Assembly: GCA_041394745.1 (NCBI GenBank)
Contig: JAWKHP010000014.1
Coordinates: 21,562-85,561 of the forward strand
Direction: 5' to 3'
DNA length: 64,000 nucleotides
Origin: Thermoanaerobaculia bacterium
GTDB lineage: Bacteria > Acidobacteriota > Thermoanaerobaculia > Multivoradales > JAHEKO01
In this document: positions 20,406 to 29,903 of the stretch, piece by piece
Position numbering within the stretch: the stretch's first letter is position 1
Layout of the letters: every line of letters starts with the position of its first letter
Made by a program: the position numbers and the translations under genes
The notes under the pieces: model-generated
Told to the model about the DNA's origin: nothing
The model's input: the letters and a program-made list of their open reading frames with translations, nothing else
Databases searched by the model: none

Positions 20406-23029
20406 GTGAACACGAGGACGGCGTGGATCTTGGCCGCGGTGCTGGCCGCTCCGATGGCCGGATCGGTCCGGGCTGTGGAAGGCGGCGCGGAGCATGCGAT
20501 TCTCGAAGGGCTATGGCGAACGCAGGAGGAGATCGTCCTGCGCTCTCGGCACTACCAGGGCGCAGAGGCCGAAGCCGAGGCATTCACCACCGCAGTGCGC
20601 AGCCACCTGCGGGCGATCCGCCGCGAGACGCGCCGGCAGGGAGCGCGTGCCCGCTCCGCGCTCGGGCGCAAGATCGCGGCCGTCGAAACCCTCCTCCGAG
20701 CCGGCGGCGCGAGCGAGGGCGAGCTCCCCTCTCCTCGTCCGCTACCAGGCCGCCCTTCCAGCCAGATCGTCCCGTCGGCCGGCTGCGAGGGGGCGCCCGC
20801 CATGGAGCCCGGCACCGTCGAGTGGTTCGAAGGTACCTGGACACCAGATCCGGGGCGCGTCCACTTCGATCGCGACGCGTGGGTGCGTTTCGACGCCCGT
20901 GCGACCGGCCGCCTCGTGGTCCACACCGGAGGTTCCCACGCCGACACGGAGATCGCCGTCTTCGAACGGTGCGGCGCTCGGCCGGTGGCCGAGAACGACG
21001 ACGCGGTTGGACTGCAGAGTGTCGTCGGGCTCGATGCCGTGGCCGGACGCAGCTACAGGATCCGCGTCCGCACCCTCGTCGGACATCCGACGGACCCGGT
21101 GCGGCTGACGGTCGGACCGAGCGGTGGGATCAGTGGGACGGTCGTGACGGAAGACGAAGGAGAGCCGGTCGTCGGCATCCGCGTCAGCGCCTACGACGCG
21201 AACGGAAGCCTCGAGAGCACCGCCTTTACCTCGACCGATGGTTCCTACACGATCGACGGGCTGGATGACGGCGCCCTCTTCGTGCGGACCCGCTTCGCTT
21301 CGCCATTCCTCGACGAGCTCTGGGACGATCATCCCTGCTCACCGGACTGCGACGAAACCGAGGGGGATCAAGTCTCGGTGAAGAGCGGCGCCGTGACAGC
21401 CGGGGTCGACTTCGCGCTTCCCCTCGGCGGGTCGTTGACCGGAAGGATCCGTGATGCCGCCACGGGGCTGCCCCTCGCCTCCTACGACGTCGAGATCTAC
21501 TCCGCAACGGGAGAACAACTGGACTTCAGCGGCACGGACGAAGCCGGTCGCTACCGGGTGGAGGGGTTGGCGAGCGGCACCGTTCGCGCGGCGACCGGCG
21601 ACTCGGGCCCGTATCGCGACGAGCTCTACGACAACCTGCCCTGCGAGCCCGACTGCGATCCGACGACCGGAACGCCGATCATCATCCAACAAGGCCTGAC
21701 GACCTCGGAGATCGACTTCGATCTCGAGCTCGGAGGAGTGATCTCGGGACAGGCGGTCGCTTCCGGCACGGGCTCCGGCATCGCGTTTGCGCAGCTCACC
21801 ATCACCGACCAAGCGGGCCAGTACCTGGACGACCAGACCGCCGACGCTTCGGGGTACTACTCGTTCGGGGGCCTCGACGACGGCAACTACCGGATCTACA
21901 CGTCGGACTCGCGGTTCCGCAACGAAGTGTGGGATGACGTGCCCTGCCCGACGATCGACTGTGATCCCCTCACGGGCGACCTCGTTTCCGCGACCGTCGG
22001 ACAGACTACCGGCGGCATCGACTTTGCCCTCGACCCCTTGGGGGGGATCGCGGGCACGGTGGGCGCAACCGGTGCGGGCGTACCCACGGGGTTCGTCGAC
22101 ATCTTCACGGGCGGCGGGTTCCCCACCGAAGGCGCGGACCTCGACGCACTCGGCCGCTGGGCGGTTCCGTACCTGTTTCCTGGCGACTACAGGGCTGCAA
22201 CGCAGGTCGAGGCGCCGTACCTGGACGAGCTCTACGACGATTTCCCGTGTCCGACCGGTCCTCCCGACGGGTGCGATCCGATCGACGGTGATCCCATCTC
22301 CGTACCGCTCGGCGCCTTCGTGACGGGTATCGACTTCCTCTTGGACACCGGAGGCGCGATCACGGGAACGGTCCGGGACGCTTGGACGGGCGAGCCGGTG
22401 TTCTCAAGCGTCACGGCTTGGTCCGCCGACGACATCGTAGCGGGAGGCGCAACGACCGAAAGCGACGGTCACTTCCGCATCGAGCCGCTTCCCCGCCGGA
22501 AGCTTCTTCCTGACGACGAGCCAGTTCTCCCACTTCGATCAGCTCTATGACGGTTGCCCTGCGAGCCATCGTGCGATCCGACGACGGGAACGCCGGTGAC
22601 GGTGACTCTCGGTAAAACGACGTCCGGGATCGAGTTCGACCTGGTCCTCACGGGCGGACTGGAGGGCACGGTCACGGGAGCTCGGCAACCGCTGGTTGGA
22701 GTGGCCATCGACGTTTGGAGAGCAGACGGGCGGCTGGCGGCGACGACCGCAAGCAACCAGCAGGGGCGATTTCAAGTGACTTCGGTTCCGCGACCGTCTT
22801 CGTCTCGACCGACAACGGTCTGGGATTGACGGACGAGGTCTTTCGCGACCGGCTCTGTCCCGAGGGTCCAGCGATTCTCGGTCTCTGCGATCCCCTGGTG
22901 GGGACGCCCGTGGTCGTCAACGCCGGCGCCATCCCGGTATCCGGAATCGACTTCGCCCTGGAGGGCCTTCTCTTCGCCGACGGCTTCGAGTCCGGCGATG
23001 CGAGCGCCTGGTCCACGGTCGTTCCCTAG
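20406..23029 (+). pseudogene. Secreted CarboxypepD_reg-like repeat protein with a C-terminal GFESGD tag; three frameshifts near the 3' end.
   Basis: GTG at 20406 follows GAAAGGAAAGAG. Signal peptide VNTRTAWILAAVLAAPMAGSVRA. About 8 repeats of GG.I.G.V...G.Y...GL..G.Y then ELYD..PC.P.CDPTTGTP. The reading continues through ORFs 22554..22829 and 22715..23029, with frame changes at ~22490, ~22550 and ~22775. Confidence 0.8.
22967..23026 (+). other. C-terminal tag copy 2 (LLFADGFESGDASAWSTVVP).
   Basis: Last 20 codons before TAG at 23027-23029. Confidence 0.6.
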
Positions 23030-23087
23030 GGCCGGGCGCTGGCACGGCGCCTGCAGATCTTTCCGACGTCTGCGTCAGGAGGACGTC

Positions 23088-23564
23088 ATGAACCGACCCC
23101 GTTTCCCGCCCATCGCCCCTCACCGCCACGTTCCTGCTCGCTCCCTTCGCCGTCGCCGGCCCCGCTCAGGAGGAGCCGGCGACGCCCGTCGCGGAGGACG
23201 TCGGCGTCGAGGACGCCGCGCCGCCGGTCACCCTGGAGGGGTTGGCCGCGCGCGTGGAGCGGCTCGAGCCCTGGTACCTTCCTCGGATCGCGAGCCGGGA
23301 CGGGCGTCGTCTCGAGTCGTGCGAGCTCCCCACCGGCGATCCCGACGCCTCGCGGCTGGCCGAGCTCGAGCGCCGGCTGCAACGCCTGAGGCCTGGCGCC
23401 GCCACGCCCGCCGGCACCTCTGAGCCAGGTCGAGTCGAGGCTGCGCAGCGTCGAGTCGCGCCTCTCCTGCGTCGAGAGCGACCCGCGAACCGACCTGGCC
23501 GCCCCAGGAGCCGGGCAACGTCACCGCCGGTCCGATCTACGTCTCCAGCGCCTGCCACCCCTGA
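23088..23564 (+). pseudogene. Possible small secreted coiled-coil protein, readable only across several frame changes.
   Basis: ATG at 23088. A signal-like LTATFLLAPFAVAGPAQ appears in the next frame. Heptad-like RVERLE, ELERRLQRL and VESRLRSVESRLSCVE follow. A possible end is ...GNVTAGPIYVSSACHP with TGA at 23562-23564. Weak support. Confidence 0.3.
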
Positions 23565-23565
23565 G

Positions 23566-26500
23566 TCAGCTGAGGAGCATCTTGAGGTCGTCGGCGGTGA
23601 GCTCGCCGAGGCCGCTGCCCTCGCCGCCCTCGAGGATGGTCTCCGCCAGCTGCTTCTTCGAGCGCTGCAGGTCGAGGATCTTCTCCTCGACGGTGTCGCG
23701 GGCGATCATGCGGTAGGCGAAGACCGGCTGGGTCTGGCCGATGCGGTGGGCGCGGTCGATGGCCTGGGCCTCGACGGCGGGGTTCCACCACGGGTCGAGC
23801 AGGAAGACGTAGTCGGCGGCCGTCAGGTTGAGCCCGGTGCCGCCCGCCTTGAGGCTGACCAGGAAGAGCTTGCACTCCGGATCGGTCTGGAACCGCTCGA
23901 CCGGGGCCGCGCGATCGCGGGTCTGGCCGTCCAGATAGGCGTAGGGCAAGCCGCGCTGCTCGAGGTCTTCGCGCACGTAGGCCAGCAGGCTGGTGAACTG
24001 CGAGAAGACGAGGACCTTGTGGCCCTCGTCGAGCACCTCGTCGACCTGCTCGAAGAGGGCCTCGAGCTTGGCGCTGCCCGCCCGCCGCCACTCGTCCTTG
24101 ACGAGACCCGGGTGACAGGCCACCTGCCGCAGCCGCAGGAGCGCCTCGAGCACCTGCATCGTCGAGCCCGCGACACCCTTCGAGCTCACCTGGTCGAGCA
24201 GGCTCGCCTGGTACTCGGCGCGCAGGGCATCGTAGAGCTCCCGCTGCTCCGGCCGCAGCGAGCAGAACAGGACCTGCTCGGTTTTCGGCGGCAGGTCGGC
24301 CAGCACCTCGCTCTTGGTGCGGCGCAGGATGAAGGGACGCAGGCCGCGCGCCACCAACGCGAGCTGCTCGCGGGTCGGCGTCCCACCGCTGACCAGCACG
24401 TCGAGCCGCGGCATCCGGCCCAGCAGGCCGGGGTTCAGGAACTCGAACAGGGAGCCGAGCTCGCCGAGGTGGTTCTCGATCGGCGTGCCGGTGAGGGCCA
24501 GCCGGTGGCGCCCGGTGAGCAGACGGCTCGCCTTGGCCGTCTGGGAGTCCGGGTTCTTGATCGCCTGTGCCTCGTCGAGGACGACGCTGTCGAACTCGAC
24601 GGTCGAGAGGAAGCCGATGTCGCGCCGTAGGGTGCCGTAGGTGGTCACCACCAGGTCGTAGTCGCCGAGCTTCCCTTGCAGCTGCTCGCGGTCGCTGCCG
24701 TGGTACTCGACGACCTTCAGCTTCGGTGTGAAGCGGCCCGCCTCGTCGACCCAGTTGTAGACCAGGCTGCGCGGCGCCACCACCAGAGACGGCAGCCCGG
24801 TGCTCTTCGACGGCGTCCGGTGGGCGTGCAGGTGAGCCAGCACCTGCACCGTCTTGCCGAGCCCCATGTCGTCGGCGAGCACGCCGCCGAGGCCGAACTC
24901 ACGCAGGAACGACAGCCAGCCGAGGCCCTGACGCTGGTAGCCGCGCAGCGTGCCCTTGAACCCGCGGGCCTCCTTGATCGGCTCGACCCGCTCGAAGGAG
25001 GAGAGCTTCTCGCGCAGCTCGGCGAACGCCTTGTCGACCTGCGCCGGCGGCATCGCGGCGAGCAGGGCGTCGACCAGCGCCGCCTGCGAGGTCAGGAACC
25101 GCAGGCCGTCCTCGGTCTCCTCCTGGGCCAGCTCCGACAGCGAGCCGTAGGTCTCCATCCATGCCTCCGGCAGCACGCCCTGCGAGCCGTCCTCGAGCTC
25201 GATGAAGCGTTCGCCCTTGGAGACGGCGGCGAGGAGCCGGCGCATCTCGACGCGGTCGCCCGCGAAGTCCACGTCGCCGGAAACCTCGAACCAATCGATA
25301 CCGCTTTCCACCTTGAGGGCCGGCGGGTTGGGCCGGCGCAGGGAGGCACCGTGCACCTCCACCGACCATCCTTCCGACAGCAGGGCCTCGGCGACGTCGG
25401 GCAGCTCGGCCGGGCGCAGCTGCAGACCGTGGTCCTGCGACCCCTCGACGGGCCGCAAGCCGAGCTCCACCAGCCGCACGACCGACTCGCGCTCCCGGTC
25501 GATGTCGCGACGGGCGTAGCGGCCCTCCTCCCAGTCGACGATCGCCGGTCGCAGGTCCTCGGCGTTCACCTCCAGCTCGCCGTAGAGGAAGGTGAGCCGG
25601 GCGAGCAGCGGCGCGCTGTTCCAACCGGAGACCGGCAGCGGCTCGAGCACCAGCCGGGGCTGCGGTTCCGAGGGCTCCTGCTCGAGGTCCATGTCGTCGG
25701 GCGCCTCGAGCTCGGGAAGCTCGGGCAGCTCGAGCAGCGACACCAGCGCCTCGTCGAGCTCGCCGTTGGGAATGCGGACCTCGCCGTTCTCGATCAGCAT
25801 CTCCAGCCAGGGCAGGTCGCGCTCGCGGGTCAGGTCGAGCGGCGCCAGGGTCTTCGAGACCAGCAGGAGCCCGGTCGGGTCGTCGGCACCGTTGCGCGCG
25901 CCCGGCAGGATGAGTGCCGGATCGGTGAGCGCCACGCTCTCGTCGTCACGCTCGAAGACGCCGGTCAGCCGGGCGGAACCCCCGGCGACGCGCTCGAGGC
26001 GCAAGGCCAGCCGCCACGGCGAGCCGTCGTCCCAGGCCACTCGCGGAGGGCTGCCGGGGAGCGCCCGTCCCACCAGCTGAGCGTTCCCTCGTCGCACAGG
26101 TGCGGCAGGACGAGGTCGTAGAGATCGGGCGGCAGCTGGAACCGGCGCACGCCCCGGGACGACCGCCCGCGCGGGCGCCGGCCCTGCGCGACGCCGGCTC
26201 GGGCAGGAGGGCCGGGATGACGGCGAGATCGACCTGCAGCTCGTCGTCGTCCTCCTCCACCGGCAGCAGGATCGACTCCAGGTCCTCGGGTTCGATCGAG
26301 GTGGGCTTGGGCCTTCCGCCCCGGCCGCGTCCGCCGCTGAACACGTCGAGGACGAGCGAGTCGTCGCTGGCGGCCGTGTTGATCAGCAGCTGGACGTCGA
26401 GCGAGGACTCGTGCGACGAATCGGCCGACCGCGCCAGGGCGTCGCGTACCGTCTCGAACCGCGACCTCCAGCTGTCGACTTCACCGCGCCGCGCGCCGCG

Positions 26501-26989
26501 GCTCCTCCCCCGACCCGAGCCGCGGGAGCGCCGCGGCGGATCCTCCCTCGGTTGGACGCCGAGGTCGCCCCAGTTGGCGGCGCGGTCCTTGCGCAGGGAG
26601 AGCCGGTCCCGGCCCGGCGGCCGTCCCTCACCGCCCGCGGCGTCGAGGGCCAGCAGCGTCGCCCACAGGTGCTTGCACGGGCGACCGTCGGCGAACCGGC
26701 GGCACTCGCAGAACCCGTGCAGGATCCGCTCGCCCACTTGCGTCCAGTCGGCGCCGACGCGGTAGGACTCCCGCTCGTTGCCCTTGACCGACGCGCGAGC
26801 CCGGGAGCCGTCGAGCTCGAGCTCGACCCGGCCCTCTTCGAAGTATTCGGTCCCGCGATCGCGATCGGCGCGATCGAAGTGGGACGCGGTGCGCTTGTAC
26901 AGGGGGACGGCCTTGCCGTCGTGCGACGCGTCGCGGCGCCGGCTCCGGCCGCTTCGCCTGCGGCCTCGAGTCGCGGTCTTGTTACTCAT
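23566..26989 (-). pseudogene. SWIM zinc-finger / SNF2-family helicase, split by two frameshifts.
   Basis: ORF 25946..26989 carries SWIM (CECRRFADGRPCKHLWA). ORF 25965..26150 bridges. ORF 23566..26097 carries SNF2_N (LADDMGLGKT, DEAQAIKN) and Helicase_C (GGTGLNLTAADYVFLLDPWWNPAVEAQAIDRAHRIGQ). Frame changes at ~26165 and ~26060. Confidence 0.85.
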
Positions 26990-27242
26990 CGTTCTCCACT
27001 TCTCTTGCGGGCTCGTCGCCGAGCGCCGCGTCCCTCCGGCCTCGCAATCCGCGACGGCCCCTCCTGGCTACCGCCGGCGGCTCCTCCCCACGAGGACGCT
27101 CACGGCTCGCAGCGGGGCGGCACGACCGTCTCGGGGCGGCTCGGCTCGAGAGTCCACTCGAACGAGAGCAGCGCGGCAACTGCCGGCTCCCGCTGAGCGC
27201 CTAGCATAAACGCTTCGGCTCTCGAGCGGAAGTCGCTCGTGG

Positions 27243-27803
27243 TCAATCGTCTCCCAGCCGGGTCAGCTCCATGGAGTGGAAGCGGGTCCAGGTGGTGCCG
27301 TCGGTCGAGACCTCACCCGTCTCGGTCCACCGGTCGCCGTCGATCGTGTCGAGGAACCGGACCTCGCCGTCCGCGGTGTCGAAGCCCCACTGCAAGCGCC
27401 CGTCCTCGAGCACGGTGAGATCCACGACGCCGTGCCTGCCCGCCGCGGTGTGGGTCGCCAGGCGATAGCCCCCGGCGCCCGAGTCCCAGTAGAGAAGGCT
27501 CAGCGCGTCGTAGATCGGCACCGGATCCTCGCCCTCCGCGAGGACCGTCGTACCGTGGGCCTCCAACACGAACAGCGTGCCCCCGAGGCGGCTGCCGACC
27601 GACTGCCGGACGTGGAAGGGCCGGCTCCCCTCCCCGGCACCGGTCCGGCCGTCGCCTTCCCACTCCCCGACCCAGCGGGAGAGCGAAGCGAGGGCGTCCA
27701 CCTGGTCCTGCGGCGGTTGCGGCGGCGTCTGGGCGTTCGCGGCCGCCGTCGCCAGAAGCGCGAGGATCAGGCCGGCGGCGGGTCGACTCAGGGTTCGGGT
27801 CAC
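27243..27803 (-). CDS. Secreted hypothetical protein (DUF1579-like).
   Basis: ORF 27243..27803. Signal peptide ...LLATAAANA-QT. The GTG start overlaps the upstream stop (GTGA). Confidence 0.75.
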   Translation of the reverse strand: MTRTLSRPAAGLILALLATAAANAQTPPQPPQDQVDALASLSRWVGEWEGDGRTGAGEGSRPFHVRQSVGSRLGGTLFVLEAHGTTVLAEGEDPVPIYDALSLLYWDSGAGGYRLATHTAAGRHGVVDLTVLEDGRLQWGFDTADGEVRFLDTIDGDRWTETGEVSTDGTTWTRFHSMELTRLGDD

Positions 27804-28777
27804 GGGTTCTCCTCTACCAGGTTGGAGGCGAGTCGGGCGGCGTCGATGTTACCGCCCGACACGACGCAGACGGTCGGCCCGACACCGGCCGCTCCCGCCA
27901 GGGCCGCGGCGACCGGCGCCGCTCCGGCGCCCTCGGCCACCACGCGCTGGCGCTCGACGAGCAGACGGACGGCCTGCGCCACCGCGGCCGGATCCACCAC
28001 GGTGCTGCCGGCCAGCAGGGTCGAGGCCAGGGGCCACATCTCCTCGAGCACGCTCCGGCCTCCGATGCCGTCGACGAAGCTGGGCCGGTAGTCGATCGTC
28101 ACCGGCCCGCCCGCCGAGAGCGAGGCCGCCAGCGGCGCCGCGCTGGAGACCTCGACGGCGAAGACCCGCGCCCGGGGCGCGACCGCGGCGAGCGCCGAGG
28201 CGATGCCGCAGGAGAGGCCGCCTCCGCCGTAGGGCACCAGGACCGTGCGCACCTCCGGAAGCTCCTCGGCGATCTCGAGGCCGATCGTGCCGTTGCCGGC
28301 CATCACCGCCGTGTCGGCCACCGGATGGACGAAGAGGCCGGGGAGGTCTCCCGGATCGTGCTCGATCAGACGGCGCCACCATTCGTCGAACGGGACGGAG
28401 ATCGTCTCGCCTCCCATCCGGCGGATCGCGTCGAGCTTCGTGCGCGGCGCGTGGTCGGGCACCAGAACCCGGCAGGGCACGCCGAGCCGACGAGCGCACC
28501 ACGCCACCCCTTGCGCCATGTTGCCGGCACTCGTGGTGACGACACCCCGGCGCAGCGTCCCGCCGTCGGCGAGCCCCATCGCGTTGCCCGCCCCGCGAAG
28601 CTTGAAGCTGCCGATCGGTTGCAGGTTCTCGAGCTTCAGCCAGACGGGGGCCGGCAGGTCGTCCACCGCGAGGGGGACCAGCGGCGTGCGCAGGGCCGTG
28701 CCCGCGAGCCGGTCGGCCGCGCCGCGGATCTGCTCGATCGACGGCGCCCGAACCGTACTGGGGCTCATCCGGGCCAT
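27800..28777 (-). CDS. PLP-dependent threonine dehydratase / serine racemase-like enzyme.
   Basis: ORF 27800..28777. Has the GSFKLRGAGNAM lysine motif and the fold-type II glycine loop PYGGGGL. Confidence 0.85.
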   Translation of the reverse strand: MARMSPSTVRAPSIEQIRGAADRLAGTALRTPLVPLAVDDLPAPVWLKLENLQPIGSFKLRGAGNAMGLADGGTLRRGVVTTSAGNMAQGVAWCARRLGVPCRVLVPDHAPRTKLDAIRRMGGETISVPFDEWWRRLIEHDPGDLPGLFVHPVADTAVMAGNGTIGLEIAEELPEVRTVLVPYGGGGLSCGIASALAAVAPRARVFAVEVSSAAPLAASLSAGGPVTIDYRPSFVDGIGGRSVLEEMWPLASTLLAGSTVVDPAAVAQAVRLLVERQRVVAEGAGAAPVAAALAGAAGVGPTVCVVSGGNIDAARLASNLVEENP

Positions 28778-29754
28778 TCCATCCTGCGGCCCACACCGAG
28801 CTCGTCGGCGCGCAGCCAGGCCCGGCGCGCGGCGGTCAGGTCCTCGATCGCCAGCCCGAGCGACTCGTAGAGGGTGATCTCGTCGGCGGCCGTGCGCCCG
28901 GCGGCTCTCCCCGCCACCACCTCGGCGAGCTCGGCGACGATGTCCCCGGCGTCGAAGGCACCGTTCGCCGCCGCCAGGAGGAGGTCGCCCGCCTCGGCCA
29001 GCGCCGACTCCCGGGAGTCGACGACGATCCGCGCGCGCCGGATCAGCCCGGCATCGACCTCACGCGCCCGGGGCGTGCACGAGCCCACCGCGTTGACGTG
29101 GCAGCCGGGAGCCAGCCAGGCGCCTTCGAGGATCGGCTGGGCCGATGCCGTCAGGGTACAGACCAGGTCGGCGCCCTCGACGGCCGCGCGAGCCGAGCCC
29201 ACGGGCTCGACGCGCAATCCCGCGGTCGAGCGCGCCCACAGCGCGAGCTCCGCGGCGCGCTCGGGAGTCCGGTTCCACACCCGCACGCGGCGCAGGGAAC
29301 GCACGGCGGCGATCGCCCGCAGGTGGGCGCGCGCCTGGACGCCCGCTCCCAACAAGGCCAGGTCGCCGGCGTCCTCGCGCGCCAGCTCGCGGGTGGCCAG
29401 TGCCGAGGCCGCCGCCGTGCGCCGCGCCGTCAGCTCGCCCGCCTCGAGGATGGCTTCCGGCCGGCCGGTGGCCCCGTCGAAGAGCAGCACCGCCCCCTGG
29501 TGGGAGTCGAGCCCCGCCGCGTGCGCACCGGGGAAGACGGTCACGACCTTCAACGCGAAGGTGGGAGGGTCGGCCAGGAACGCGGGCATCGAGCCCACCA
29601 GCCCGGCCCGGTCGGGGCGGAAGACGGCTTGGCGCAACGGGTTGACGACGTCGCCGCGCGCGAGCGCCTCGAAAGCCTCCTCGGCGGCCGCCAAGGCCTC
29701 ACGCTCGTCGAGCACCCGTCCGACGTCGGTCCGGTCCAGCCAGAGGATCGTCAC
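28765..29754 (-). CDS. Ornithine cyclodeaminase / mu-crystallin family protein.
   Basis: ORF 28765..29754. Rossmann LALLGAGVQARAHL and family-typical TARRTAAASALATR. Overlaps the downstream PLP gene by 13 nt. Confidence 0.85.
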   Translation of the reverse strand: MTILWLDRTDVGRVLDEREALAAAEEAFEALARGDVVNPLRQAVFRPDRAGLVGSMPAFLADPPTFALKVVTVFPGAHAAGLDSHQGAVLLFDGATGRPEAILEAGELTARRTAAASALATRELAREDAGDLALLGAGVQARAHLRAIAAVRSLRRVRVWNRTPERAAELALWARSTAGLRVEPVGSARAAVEGADLVCTLTASAQPILEGAWLAPGCHVNAVGSCTPRAREVDAGLIRRARIVVDSRESALAEAGDLLLAAANGAFDAGDIVAELAEVVAGRAAGRTAADEITLYESLGLAIEDLTAARRAWLRADELGVGRRMEWPG

Positions 29755-29903
29755 GCGCGGAGCTTACCCGCCGGACCCGCCGGCGGCAGCGGTCCGCTCC
29801 CGGCTCTCGGCTCCGTCGCGTGCGCCTCGACCCCACCGTCCCTCTTCGACCCACCGCGGCCCGAGGCGGTGCTACGCTGCCCGTCACCTGCGGAGGCACC
29901 TGC

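Noticed and set aside
27800-29754. SbnA/SbnB-type L-2,3-diaminopropionate synthase pair (siderophore precursor).
   Set aside because: The PLP enzyme carries the threonine-dehydratase/serine-racemase GSFKLRGA lysine motif rather than the cysteine-synthase-type motif expected for SbnA. No siderophore synthetase genes are nearby.
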